Part shown: positions 47,679-56,943 of the stretch, piece after piece
Layout: each line of letters opens with the position of its first letter
Numbering within the stretch: the first letter of the stretch is position 1
Source: a virus
Reading direction: 5' to 3' (one strand)
IMG/VR virus record: IMGVR_UViG_3300032770_000005
Coordinates: 64,001-128,000 of that record
Length of the DNA: 64,000 nucleotides
Position numbers and translations under genes: made by a program
Notes under the pieces: generated by a model
Databases searched by the model: none
Told to the model about the DNA's origin: nothing
What the model saw: the letters and a program-made list of their open reading frames with translations, nothing else

Positions 47679-48050
47679 CTAGCAGCCTTCCCAGCGAAAG
47701 CCGAGCAGCTCCATGCAGCAGGTCGCGAGGTCGCGCGCGACCGGGTCGGCGACCGACTCGCGTGCGAGCAGCCGCAGGAACAGGTGCAGCACCTGGAGGT
47801 CGCTGAAGACGACGGAGACGCCGTCGGGCTCGACGCGGACATCGAGGCGATCTTCGTACTGGAGTGAGATCGCAGCCGCGATGCGCGAGGCCACGCGCAC
47901 GGCTCGTGAGTCGTCGAGCGCGAAGCCGAACACGTAGGGCGGTGCGTGCAGCGCGGTCTGGCCCCGATCGTTCCTGTAGCGCCAGACGTGGCGCTTGAAC
48001 TCGTCGAAGGTCGGGACAGATCCAAACGGTAGCTCTGCCGGGACCGTCAT
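47679..48050 (-). CDS. hypothetical protein
   Basis: Coupled to the upstream minus-strand gene. Confidence 0.6.
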   Translation of the reverse strand: MTVPAELPFGSVPTFDEFKRHVWRYRNDRGQTALHAPPYVFGFALDDSRAVRVASRIAAAISLQYEDRLDVRVEPDGVSVVFSDLQVLHLFLRLLARESVADPVARDLATCCMELLGFRWEGC

Positions 48051-48598
48051 CTGTACCCGTAGACCCCGAGCAGCTTGGCGAGTTCGAGCATCTCGTGGTC
48101 GGTGAAGCCTTCGGGAACGAAGTGACGCGATTCACCGTAGTCTTCGCGGGTCTCGAAGAACCAGCTCGGTACGCCATGGCTCGTGTCCGCTTCCAGCGGT
48201 CCGGGCCGCTCATCGCCGATGAACCGCGCCGCCGCCTCGGCCCACGATTCTACGACATCGTCGTCGCGCTCACGGTCGTCGTTCCTGATGAGGATGCTTG
48301 GCAGCAGCCAGCCACGCTCGGCATCGCCTTCGGCCGCGCTCTCCTCCGTCACGATCTCATAGGTCATGTTGATCAATCGACAGCAGTCGCCACCGACCCG
48401 TGTGATCGTGTGACCGCCTACGGGGTCGTAGAACGACTCGCCTGGTGCGATCTGTGGCATCAACTGCATAGCGGCTGCACCAGATCCGGGGTCGAGATAG
48501 TCGACGATCGTCCACGGAAGATCTACGGGACCAGCCGGCGTTGGCACGGTAGCAACGAACGGTTCGCCGTCGACGAGGATGTAGTACGGATAGGGCAT
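48047..48598 (-). CDS. hypothetical protein
   Basis: TYEIVTEESAAEGDAERGW; coupled ORF. Confidence 0.65.
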   Translation of the reverse strand: MPYPYYILVDGEPFVATVPTPAGPVDLPWTIVDYLDPGSGAAAMQLMPQIAPGESFYDPVGGHTITRVGGDCCRLINMTYEIVTEESAAEGDAERGWLLPSILIRNDDRERDDDVVESWAEAAARFIGDERPGPLEADTSHGVPSWFFETREDYGESRHFVPEGFTDHEMLELAKLLGVYGYR

Positions 48599-49182
48599 CA
48601 GGTAGCGGCTTTCCTGACGCGCATCATGACGTTGTAGGCGCGGTCGATCTTCTCGAACTCCGCCCGAGCGCGCTCGCGCTCGCCATCGGGAGCGCCAGGG
48701 GGCACGCGGTCGGGATGCCACTGCAACGCCAGCGCTCGGTAGGCGCGCTTCACCGTATCGGCGTCGGCGTCGCGAGCGACGCCCAAGATCTCCCACGGCA
48801 TCGGGCCCGGCGGCGGCTTCGGTCGAGCGCCGGCGGCGGCTTGACCAGCGACGTTCTTCGCGGCCTGCGCGGTCTGACTCCGCAGCGCCTCCAGCTTCTG
48901 CGCGAGGTTGTCGTACATGATCTTGAAGCAGCGGCGACAGGTGCCCCAGTGGTGACCTGCCTGAGGCGGATGAGGCGAGACGAACTCGACGTCGCTGATC
49001 GCGAACGACTGCCAGCACACGGCGCACTTGATCTGCGTCGCGTGCGGCAGGCGCGGCGTTGCATCGCGCTGTCGCTCGAAGAAGCCGTCGAGCATCTTGG
49101 TCGCGCGGTCGAAGACGGCGTCGACGCCCACGTCCACAGCGCGGTCGACCAGCTGCTCTGCTCGCATGCCCCGCTTCGGCAT
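48598..49182 (-). CDS. Zn-finger plus C-terminal J-domain protein
   Basis: PWEILGV...VKRAYRALALQWHPDR...FEKIDRAY. Confidence 0.9.
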   Translation of the reverse strand: MPKRGMRAEQLVDRAVDVGVDAVFDRATKMLDGFFERQRDATPRLPHATQIKCAVCWQSFAISDVEFVSPHPPQAGHHWGTCRRCFKIMYDNLAQKLEALRSQTAQAAKNVAGQAAAGARPKPPPGPMPWEILGVARDADADTVKRAYRALALQWHPDRVPPGAPDGERERARAEFEKIDRAYNVMMRVRKAAT

Positions 49183-49373
49183 CAGAGCACCACGAGCGCG
49201 CCGAGCCCGTCACCGCTGTCGCCCATCGGGAAGTTCGTGACGGGCCGTGGCGCGTGGTTGGGCATCGTCACGTAGATCGTGGGCGGCGGCGGCCGCGGCC
49301 CGACGACGTAGGGCGGCGGCGGCGCAGCGGCGCGGATGAAGAGCGGACGAGCAGGCGTGCGGTGGTAGCTCAT
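49182..49373 (-). CDS. small Pro-rich protein with GLG motif
   Basis: MSYHRT...GDGLGALVVL; leaderless promoter. Confidence 0.55.
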   Translation of the reverse strand: MSYHRTPARPLFIRAAAPPPPYVVGPRPPPPTIYVTMPNHAPRPVTNFPMGDSGDGLGALVVL

Positions 49374-49392
49374 GAGCAAACACTACCAGGCG

Positions 49393-50262
49393 TCAGCGCG
49401 GCCGGCGACTGGTTCGCCGGCTGGTCCGACGGTTCGGTGCGGTGTGCCGACCCTTCCACAACCGACGCGGTGGCGGCGCCGCCGGCCAGTGATCGTCGAG
49501 CGGCTCCAGCAGCCGCAAGAGCGCTTGCGCCCGCACCGGCGCGTACTGCGCAGCGCCTTGCACGTTCTGCGGCACGGGGAAGACGAGCAACGTCTCCATC
49601 GAGTCGTAGTGCGAGTACGGCGCGTTGTACCACCTGATGCGAATGCCAGAGCGCTGGTCGAGCGACTCGATGACGCCCTTGAAGCCTACCGGCACCTTCT
49701 GGTCGGCCGACCTGAACGTGCTCATCGGCTTCAGCGCCTTGACCACGGTGCCGGGAGCGTACGTCCGGAGAATCCACAACCACTCGTCCGACTCGTCGGT
49801 CGTCGGCGGCGGCGGAGCAGGGTTACCTACGATGGGGTTGGCCTCGATGTCCGGATGGATGGCGAAGTCGGGCACGCGTCCCACCATGTTGAGCAGCTGC
49901 GCGACCTCGTCCTGTGCATCTTGCCGCTCACTCAGCGACCAGCGGCCGCCCAGGTCCCACGCGACACGGGCCAGGCGCTCGTAGAAGAGCATGAGCGCGG
50001 CTCTGCTGAACACGACCGCGGTGCCCATGCGCCCTTCCAGCCGCCCCTCCACCTGCCCGGTCCTGAGCAGCTCGCGCGCGAGCGGCGTCAGCGTGCTCCA
50101 CTCGACGACCATGCGCTGCGGAAATGCCGGCGTCCGATCGCCGGCCATCTGCACGCGCAAGCCCGGCTGCGTCTGATCGAGCATCTGCTGAAGCGCTCGC
50201 CGCGACGCGAGCGATGCCGCCAGCGCCGGCGAGTACGCGCTCGGTCTGCGACGGCTACTCAT
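49393..50262 (-). CDS. basic-tailed protein sharing a domain with 61096-62298
   Basis: RTYAPGTVVK...LDDHW; C-terminal PNRRTSRRTSRR. Confidence 0.7.
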   Translation of the reverse strand: MSSRRRPSAYSPALAASLASRRALQQMLDQTQPGLRVQMAGDRTPAFPQRMVVEWSTLTPLARELLRTGQVEGRLEGRMGTAVVFSRAALMLFYERLARVAWDLGGRWSLSERQDAQDEVAQLLNMVGRVPDFAIHPDIEANPIVGNPAPPPPTTDESDEWLWILRTYAPGTVVKALKPMSTFRSADQKVPVGFKGVIESLDQRSGIRIRWYNAPYSHYDSMETLLVFPVPQNVQGAAQYAPVRAQALLRLLEPLDDHWPAAPPPRRLWKGRHTAPNRRTSRRTSRRPR

Positions 50263-50265
50263 GGC

Positions 50266-50847
50266 TCAGTAGTCGTCCTCGTAGTCTTCGGGACGATCGC
50301 GCTCGGCGTACTCCCTGTACGCCTCTTCTTCGTTCCAGTGCTCGTACGGACGCATCATGCGCCCCCCGAGGTCATGCAGCAGCTCCTCGATGACCTCGCG
50401 GCGCAGACGCAGTTCCTCGTCCCGCTCTCGGAGTTCGCCCTGGTGCTTCTTCCCCAGATCTTGCTGGATCTTGAGGACGGCCTGTCGTTCGCCACCAAGC
50501 GCCTCGATCTGCTCCGGCGACATGGCATCGACCTGCTCGCGGGCTTCGTCTTCAAGACGTTCCCAGAGCATCTCCATATCCGCCTCGCGATCTTCGCGCG
50601 AGCGGAACGAGCGTTGCTCTCGTTCTTCTTCGACCTGGTTCCACTCGCCGGCGAGCTTGCGGATCATCTCTTCGCGGATCTGCTGCTTGCGCGGGTCTTC
50701 GCCCTCGCGCGGCTCGACCTCGAACCCGCGCTCGTTGTAGTTGCGTCGCAGCGGCCGGACCGCGACTGGGCGCCGTGACGTCCGCCGCGGACGCGGTGAG
50801 TTCCGACGGGGCGACGGTGAATGACGGGGACGAGACGATCGACGCAT
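50266..50847 (-). CDS. Arg-rich leader plus acidic helical domain
   Basis: AGGAG RBS; RRNSP and RRNY motifs. Confidence 0.75.
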   Translation of the reverse strand: MRRSSRPRHSPSPRRNSPRPRRTSRRPVAVRPLRRNYNERGFEVEPREGEDPRKQQIREEMIRKLAGEWNQVEEEREQRSFRSREDREADMEMLWERLEDEAREQVDAMSPEQIEALGGERQAVLKIQQDLGKKHQGELRERDEELRLRREVIEELLHDLGGRMMRPYEHWNEEEAYREYAERDRPEDYEDDY

Positions 50848-50867
50848 GGTGCACTCCTTCTACGAGG

Positions 50868-51578
50868 TCAGCTCTTCACCTTCGCACACTCGTACTCCAT
50901 GGCCGCAAGCATGCGGTCGACCGTCTCCTCATTCGTTTTCGCCTGATCGAGCCCGATCAGGTCGTACACGCGCGACGGCGCACGGAAGAACTCTTCCAGC
51001 GCGTGCTCTGCGGCGCCCACCGACGCGCTGGTCGAGGCTGCCGCAACGCGGGCGGCCCAGTCCAACAAGAACAGCAACAGCACGTCCGCGTGCTGAAGGT
51101 GCTTCGCGATGACCGCATCAGGACGAGCGGGGAACTCCAGTCCCATCGCTGCTTCGCCGAACTCTCTGCTGCTGACTACGCGCCCGGCTGCCCCGCGCTC
51201 AAGCAACTTCAGGACACGCTTGATCGCGCGTACCTCAGCCGTATGTTTTCGCGACGCTCCGCCAGTCCGTCGCAGTCCCATCGACACGAGCGCCAGCGCG
51301 ACCCCCACTACGATCGCACGACACTGGTAGTCCAGCCGACCACGGATGCGCCGGGGCACAAGCGGCAACCCGCGGCGCAACGATGCTACGCGCTGGCGGA
51401 TCTCCGCCGGATGATAGCGGTAGCCCCTGTGTTGCTGGATCTCGTCCAGCAGATAGTCCAGAGCACGCAGTTCAACCGCAGCGGTGCTCGTCGGGCGCCG
51501 TGACGTCCGCCGCGGTCGCGGTGAGTTCCGGCGCAGGGAGCGAGAGTGGTGGCGAGTGGGACGCGACGATCGGCGCAT
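50868..51578 (-). CDS. Arg-rich leader plus unknown domain
   Basis: Leader nearly identical to that of 50266-50847. Confidence 0.75.
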   Translation of the reverse strand: MRRSSRPTRHHSRSLRRNSPRPRRTSRRPTSTAAVELRALDYLLDEIQQHRGYRYHPAEIRQRVASLRRGLPLVPRRIRGRLDYQCRAIVVGVALALVSMGLRRTGGASRKHTAEVRAIKRVLKLLERGAAGRVVSSREFGEAAMGLEFPARPDAVIAKHLQHADVLLLFLLDWAARVAAASTSASVGAAEHALEEFFRAPSRVYDLIGLDQAKTNEETVDRMLAAMEYECAKVKS

Positions 51579-51590
51579 GGTGCACTCCTG

Positions 51591-51770
51591 TCAGCTGCCA
51601 GGCTCAGCGGGACCGCCCAAGATCTTGTTGATGCCGATCGGCCCGCCGCTGAGCGGCCAGATGGCCCACCTGAGCTGGTTCACGGCGACCGCTGCGACGA
51701 AGCCGCATGCGAAGATGACCGCGGCAGTGCTGCCGCGACGGTTGCGTCGCATGCGGCGCGGCAGGCTCAT
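51591..51770 (-). CDS. 59-aa membrane protein, below the ORF-track cutoff
   Basis: MSLPRRMRRNRRGSTAAVIFACGFVAAVAV...; ATG overlaps the upstream TGA. Confidence 0.7.
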   Translation of the reverse strand: MSLPRRMRRNRRGSTAAVIFACGFVAAVAVNQLRWAIWPLSGGPIGINKILGGPAEPGS

Positions 51771-52258
51771 GATTGCGCCTTGCGCGCTTCCTGACCGCGC
51801 TTGTGGCCGTCGAGGTAGGGGCTACCGCCCCACTCGTTTCGGCGCTTGCGCTTGCCAGTAAACCCGTCGGTGAAGCCGGCGCGGAAGTCATCGAAGTCCG
51901 CAAGCGACTCGGCTGTTGGCTGCTCAGCGAGAGCATATTCGTGGAGCTGGGACGTTGTGTACGGATCGCCCAAGATGAGGTACAGACGCTTGTCGTCACC
52001 ACGCACAATAGTCCCTGGTCCGCGATACTCGCCAGTGGCCGGAGTCCCGTCCAGGTTGCTGACGGGGATTTTTACATGGTATGTGCCGTACTCGTATGGC
52101 GCATGCGCCGCAGGACCGCTGACCGGACGCGCGTCAACGGTCTGCCACATGAAACCGTCAGCGACGAACACGCGACTCGGCGGATTGCGCCGCATGCGAC
52201 GCCGGGGTGTCCGCTTCTTGCGTGAACTGCGCTTCGGCTTGCGTGATGTTCGCTTCAC
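51767..52258 (-). CDS. Arg-rich leader (RRNPP) plus unknown domain
   Basis: KRTSRKPKRSSRKKRTPRRRMRRNPP. Confidence 0.7.
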   Translation of the reverse strand: MKRTSRKPKRSSRKKRTPRRRMRRNPPSRVFVADGFMWQTVDARPVSGPAAHAPYEYGTYHVKIPVSNLDGTPATGEYRGPGTIVRGDDKRLYLILGDPYTTSQLHEYALAEQPTAESLADFDDFRAGFTDGFTGKRKRRNEWGGSPYLDGHKRGQEARKAQS

Positions 52259-53145
52259 GCCGCCTCCAGACCCGCGCGACGCAGTGCTTCCTCGACGCGG
52301 TACACGACACGACCGTGCGACCCGTAGCGCCTCAGCACCACCGGCCACTCGCCGTCCCAGTCGATGATGGTCGGCTCGCCGCCACGCTTGCCCGTCTCCT
52401 GGCCGTCGGCCATCGCCGCACAGAGGTCGGGCTTGCGTTCGAGGCGCGCTCCATGCGCGAGATAGATGCCGCTCGGCAGCGACGCCAGCGCTCGCCTCGC
52501 GCCCGCCGGTAGACGCTGCGGCAGTTCCTGCTCGCGCGCGACCCTGCCAGCCGCGAGCACCCTGCCAGCCGCCGCGGGCGACGTCTCGCTCTGCACGTAC
52601 TGCCGCTCGTCCTCGTCCTCAATCTCCGGCTCGGGCTCCGGTTCGGGAGCCGGCGCCGGCAAGACCGCCGGCGGCACGTGCACGCCGCCGACCCAGGGAG
52701 CCGCCGCCGACATCGGCGCGAGCGGCGGCGGGAGGGAGATCGACGGCACCGCCGGCGCCGCACGCGTAGCCGCGCGACGCTTGAGCATCGCGTCCGTCTT
52801 TCCGATCCACTCATCGAGCCTGCGCTCGGCGATCTGCTGCTCGCGTTCGAGCTGCCGCAGGTCGTGCGCGCCCCAGGCCGCGACGTCGTCCGTGATCGAG
52901 GCGAGGTGTGCGCTCGCATCGAGCATCGCCTCGGCGCAGAGCGTCTCCGCGATCAACCGCCGCAGCTCGTCGCCCGCGTAGTGCACGCGGAGATCGACGT
53001 CCGCGAGCGCGGCCGACCGCACGATCTCCTCGGGCATCGGCACGTCCGCGAGCGTGACCACGAAGAACACGCCGTTCGGGAAGCCGTGGATGCTGCTGTG
53101 GAACCGGCACCGGTTGCCGACGTACCGCAGCGTCATGGCGCCCAT
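52255..53145 (-). CDS. hypothetical protein
   Basis: Long ORF with Pro/Glu linker; start uncertain. Confidence 0.65.
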   Translation of the reverse strand: MGAMTLRYVGNRCRFHSSIHGFPNGVFFVVTLADVPMPEEIVRSAALADVDLRVHYAGDELRRLIAETLCAEAMLDASAHLASITDDVAAWGAHDLRQLEREQQIAERRLDEWIGKTDAMLKRRAATRAAPAVPSISLPPPLAPMSAAAPWVGGVHVPPAVLPAPAPEPEPEPEIEDEDERQYVQSETSPAAAGRVLAAGRVAREQELPQRLPAGARRALASLPSGIYLAHGARLERKPDLCAAMADGQETGKRGGEPTIIDWDGEWPVVLRRYGSHGRVVYRVEEALRRAGLEAA

Positions 53146-53369
53146 CGCGCGGTCGAAAGATCTGCGGATGTCGGTCCGATACAGCTGCCGCACGAGGACC
53201 TCCTGAACGTGAGCCCGAAGCGAGGCGGGGCGTCCTGCTCTCAGGTTAGTTGGGGCACGCCTGGACCGGGGAAACACCCTTTGTGGGGTCCGCGATCAAG
53301 ACGCACCGCCCCGCTTCCGGCTCACGTTCTACCAAGATTTCGTCCCTTCGCCCACATCGGGCCCGACCC

Positions 53370-54071
53370 TCACCGCTGCGGCCTGCTCACGATCTTGTCC
53401 AAGATCTCCTTCAGGTCCCCTTGGCCCATGTGGTAGCCGGAGATGCGCACGGAGAACATGCGGATCTCGAACTGCGGCGGCCGCAAGATCCAAGCGGTCG
53501 CGTTCACCTGCTGGCCGCTCACGGCGTACGTCGCGAACGCCTCGCCGAGCGGCTCCAAGGGACCCGCGAACGGGAAGATGGTGCCCTGCATCGGCAGCGG
53601 CGCGATCGACGTGCCGCGCGAGCCCTTGGTCGGGTCGTACTGGATGACCTGCCCGCGCATCGAGACGTTCGTGTTGTAGTCGAGCGGGCTGCGGTTCCCG
53701 ATGCTGATCTGAAAGCCGACGTACGTGGCGACGCGCGCCTGCGGCACGAGCGTCATGTCGTCGACGCCGATGCCGCTCGCCTCGTACGCCTCGAACTCGA
53801 AGCTCTTCAGCACGAAGGCCATGTTGTTCGGCACTTCGAGGTTGACCAGCGGCACCGGCACCGGGTACGGCGGCAGGTTGCCGACGAACAGCGGCCGCGG
53901 GTAGTTCGCGAAGTACACGCGGTCGAGGAACGTCGTCGATCTGGACGGCAGGAACTGCCAGAAGCCGTTCAAGATCTGCGTGTTGACCACGCGCGTCGCG
54001 CTCTCGACGTCGGGCAGCATGGACGGCGACTGCGAGAGCGTTGCCGCGCCTCGTCGGATCGAGCCGCTCAT
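53370..54071 (-). CDS. putative jelly-roll virion protein (minor capsid/vertex)
   Basis: Beta-rich; VPNNMAFVL and terminal strand VRISGY; third gene of the trio. Confidence 0.5.
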   Translation of the reverse strand: MSGSIRRGAATLSQSPSMLPDVESATRVVNTQILNGFWQFLPSRSTTFLDRVYFANYPRPLFVGNLPPYPVPVPLVNLEVPNNMAFVLKSFEFEAYEASGIGVDDMTLVPQARVATYVGFQISIGNRSPLDYNTNVSMRGQVIQYDPTKGSRGTSIAPLPMQGTIFPFAGPLEPLGEAFATYAVSGQQVNATAWILRPPQFEIRMFSVRISGYHMGQGDLKEILDKIVSRPQR

Positions 54072-54111
54072 GGTGACCTCCGCTGTGCGGGCGTGCCCAT
54101 CCCGCTGTGTC

Positions 54112-55050
54112 TCAGACCGCCGGCGACTGCGCCTGGAGGATCTTGTATCCGAGCATCGTGAAGTAGAGGACGCCGCCGACCGCGAGCACCTGCCGGCCGA
54201 TGTTGCCCGACACCGTGGGGTCGGGCGGCGGCTGCGCATCGCCCTCGGCGAAGCCGTTCGGGAGCGCGGCGTAGTTGTTCTCGACGAAGCCGAGGTCGCG
54301 CGTCAGCGTCACGTTCAGCGTGATCACCGAGTTCTGCGTGAAGAAGTCGGACGCCGGCAGGTACGCCGGCCGGTCGAACTCCGTGAACAGGTAGCGCGAC
54401 GAGGAGGGGATCTCGTTCTGGCGCGTACGGTTGCTGCCGCTGTCCATGATCTCGAACAGGAAGTCGATGGTGCCCGGCCGGAACGTCTGCACGGCCTGCG
54501 CATCGGCGACCGTGTCGGGGCCGAGGCCCACGCCGATGTACGCGCCCGAGAACGGGTCGGCAGTGCTCGCGATCGGCCGCCACCGCCCGGTGAAGGGCGA
54601 GATGACCTCGGTGCCAATCGGCGGGTCTCCAGGTCGACCGTCCGGCGGATCGATCGTGCCGTACGGGCCGATCGAGTACGTCTTCATCAGGAACGCCGCC
54701 ATGAGCGACGTCGCGACGAAAGGACCGTCGGTGCTGATGGTCTGCGTCGCCGGCAGCCGCGACCCCGCGAGCGACACGCTCGGGTTCGAGGGGCCGGGGA
54801 TCGGGACGTTGAAGTTCAGGAAGTAGGGCACCCGCTTGCCCGGGATGTCCTCGATGTAGCGGATGCGCTCCGCCGCCTTCTTCACCGCGTCCCGCAGCTG
54901 TCCGATGACGAGCTGGTTGTCGCTGTTCTGCTGCGCGAGCTGCTTGTACGCCTTCAGGAGCGACTTCATCTGAGTCGCCATGCGCTGCTCGCGGTCCATC
55001 AGGCCGCGGAGATAGGCAGCAACCTGGGGATCATCGGTGATCGAGGGCAT
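54112..55050 (-). CDS. putative single-jelly-roll capsid protein with N-terminal coiled coil
   Basis: ISTDGPFVAT, IMDSGSNR, PAYLPAS..F..NSVI, LYFTMLGYKI. Confidence 0.55.
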   Translation of the reverse strand: MPSITDDPQVAAYLRGLMDREQRMATQMKSLLKAYKQLAQQNSDNQLVIGQLRDAVKKAAERIRYIEDIPGKRVPYFLNFNVPIPGPSNPSVSLAGSRLPATQTISTDGPFVATSLMAAFLMKTYSIGPYGTIDPPDGRPGDPPIGTEVISPFTGRWRPIASTADPFSGAYIGVGLGPDTVADAQAVQTFRPGTIDFLFEIMDSGSNRTRQNEIPSSSRYLFTEFDRPAYLPASDFFTQNSVITLNVTLTRDLGFVENNYAALPNGFAEGDAQPPPDPTVSGNIGRQVLAVGGVLYFTMLGYKILQAQSPAV

Positions 55051-55174
55051 CTGGGATCCGCCTTCCTCTTCCGCGTCTTTCAGCGGCGTTGGTTGGTGAC
55101 CAGGCGCCTCCTCAGCGCGAGGTCATGTGTCTCGTGAGAGACTGGCCGGGGATGGCCGCCGCAGGGACTGATGT

Positions 55175-55236
55175 CCTGCGACCTCCGCTTACGACGCGAG
55201 CGGCGCAAGCAGAGGTCGCAGGGCGCCGAAGCGCCC
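55175..55236 (-). terminator. tandem hairpins after the putative major capsid gene
   Basis: GGGCGC-TTCG-GCGCCC followed by a long CCTGCGACCTC/GAGGTCGCAGG stem. Confidence 0.55.
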
Positions 55237-55246
55237 CGCGATGCGT

Positions 55247-56020
55247 TCAGAGGACGTCGCGGCTGTGGACGCCATCGATCAGGTACTTGACGTCCTTCTC
55301 GATGTTGTCGATGCCGTTGACCGTCAGGTCGCCGGTGACCGGCTGGGTCACGCCGGGGCTGATCGCCGCCGCGGGACCCACCGTGCCGTCGATCTGGCCG
55401 GCGAGCTGGTCGATCATGTTCGCACCGGTCGACGGGCCGATCGGGCTCGCCGTGACGATGCACTGGAAGCCCTGACGCGGCGGGATGAGGATCGGCCGCG
55501 CGAGCCGCATGAGGGCCGACGAGGTCGGCACGCCGTTGTTGAACCGCGGCAGCCGCGAGTCCGAGCTGAAGCCGTCGAGACCACCGGCGAACGGCGTGTA
55601 CGCCGTGAACGTGGTGAGCTGCGGCTTGTCACCGGCCTGGAACTGCCAGAACAGCTGGTTCTCGGCCTGCATGTACAGCTTGTAGACGCGCTGCACACGA
55701 TCCGGGAACACGCCTGCCACCGAGCCCACCGACGTCTGCACCTGGTTGACCAGGAACTGCGCCTCCGGGTTGAACCGGAAGTACGTCCAGACGCGCACCG
55801 CGAGGGTGATGAACGTCTGGTCCGACGGCAGGAAGCCGCCGGTGGTGAGGTTGGTGATGGCGATGTCGCCACCGCCCTTGAGGAACAGCTGGGTGCGCGG
55901 CTGGGGCACGCTGAACGTGTTCAGCGGGTTGAGCCGCAGGTCGGTGGACCCGTCGACGCGGATGAGCGAGTCGTAGAACGGCTGATGGACGCGCTCGCGC
56001 GTCCCCACGATCTTGGGCAT
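55247..56020 (-). CDS. putative major capsid protein, single jelly-roll type
   Basis: AAGGAGA RBS, strong codon bias, downstream hairpins; QPFYDS..LF..TNL..GGFLPSDQTF..PILIPPRQGF..IDGVHSRDV. Confidence 0.6.
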   Translation of the reverse strand: MPKIVGTRERVHQPFYDSLIRVDGSTDLRLNPLNTFSVPQPRTQLFLKGGGDIAITNLTTGGFLPSDQTFITLAVRVWTYFRFNPEAQFLVNQVQTSVGSVAGVFPDRVQRVYKLYMQAENQLFWQFQAGDKPQLTTFTAYTPFAGGLDGFSSDSRLPRFNNGVPTSSALMRLARPILIPPRQGFQCIVTASPIGPSTGANMIDQLAGQIDGTVGPAAAISPGVTQPVTGDLTVNGIDNIEKDVKYLIDGVHSRDVL

Positions 56021-56205
56021 GTCGTTCTCCTTCGAGACACCGTCCCGCGCCATAATTGGCTTGCGACGATGTTCGCTGTTCCACCACGACAGCACTTCCC
56101 ACTGTGCACAAGCCCTCACCATTGAGGACCTATCTGCGACCCGGAACCTCCCAGTGGTAGGAGGCTTTCACCCGTCGGCTACCGGGTCACAGCTAGCTGG
56201 TCAGT

Positions 56206-56934
56206 TCAGCCGGAAGCTCCGCTGAACAACATCCGAGAGAACATGCCGCCGGCCCATCCTCGGCCGTCCGGCGTCGCCATCTGCTCGCGGACCCTGCGGA
56301 CCGCTCTCTTCTTCACCACGGGGAACGCGAGGTCGATGGGGCTCACGGTCGAGATCGGCTCGTCCGAGTGCCGCACGTCGTTGATGACCGACTCGTCGTA
56401 CCCGTCGAGGCCGAACATGCCGCGGTACGGCGCGCCGGCGTGGCTGATGTCGATCATGTAGTTCGCGCCCATCCCCGAGACGGGCCCGGGCCCCATCGGC
56501 ACCATGGCCACGGGCGCGACCGGCGCGGGTGCGGGGGTCGGCGTCGGCAGCACGGTGTCCTGGATGAGCTGGAGCGGCAGCCACGGCTTCAGACCGCTCA
56601 CGCCAGCGCCGGCCGCGATGGACATCTGCGTCTCGGGCGAGAGACCGAGCGGCTGCCCCACCGCGTACGCCGCGATGGCGCTCGCGAGCGAGGCGCCGGT
56701 CGCGACGATGCGAGGATCCATGGTCGGCAGGTACGAGCCGCCGACCATGGAGCCCAGCCACTGCGCGAGGATCATGCCGCCCGTCGCCCCGAGAGCCGGC
56801 ACCACGACCTTGTCGACCAGGTCGGCGCTCCCGAGGTTGCGAGCGAGGCGCCGAACCGAGCTGAAGCCGCGCACGCGGCGGTTGTGCACCACCGCGTACG
56901 CGTTTCTGCTGACTCGGCGCCTTCGCTTGCTCAT
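56206..56934 (-). CDS. basic N-terminus, multi-TM virion protein; short paralog of 56944-59403
   Basis: SRN and ARN motifs, TM segments, C-terminal GRGWAGGMFSRMLFSG. Confidence 0.75.
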   Translation of the reverse strand: MSKRRRRVSRNAYAVVHNRRVRGFSSVRRLARNLGSADLVDKVVVPALGATGGMILAQWLGSMVGGSYLPTMDPRIVATGASLASAIAAYAVGQPLGLSPETQMSIAAGAGVSGLKPWLPLQLIQDTVLPTPTPAPAPVAPVAMVPMGPGPVSGMGANYMIDISHAGAPYRGMFGLDGYDESVINDVRHSDEPISTVSPIDLAFPVVKKRAVRRVREQMATPDGRGWAGGMFSRMLFSGASG

Positions 56935-56943
56935 GACTGCTCC

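Noticed and set aside
47454-47867. Plus-strand SH3-like ORF at full length
   Set aside because: Overlaps the minus-strand gene 47679-48050 by about 190 bp; the 5' half looks real but the extent is unsupported.
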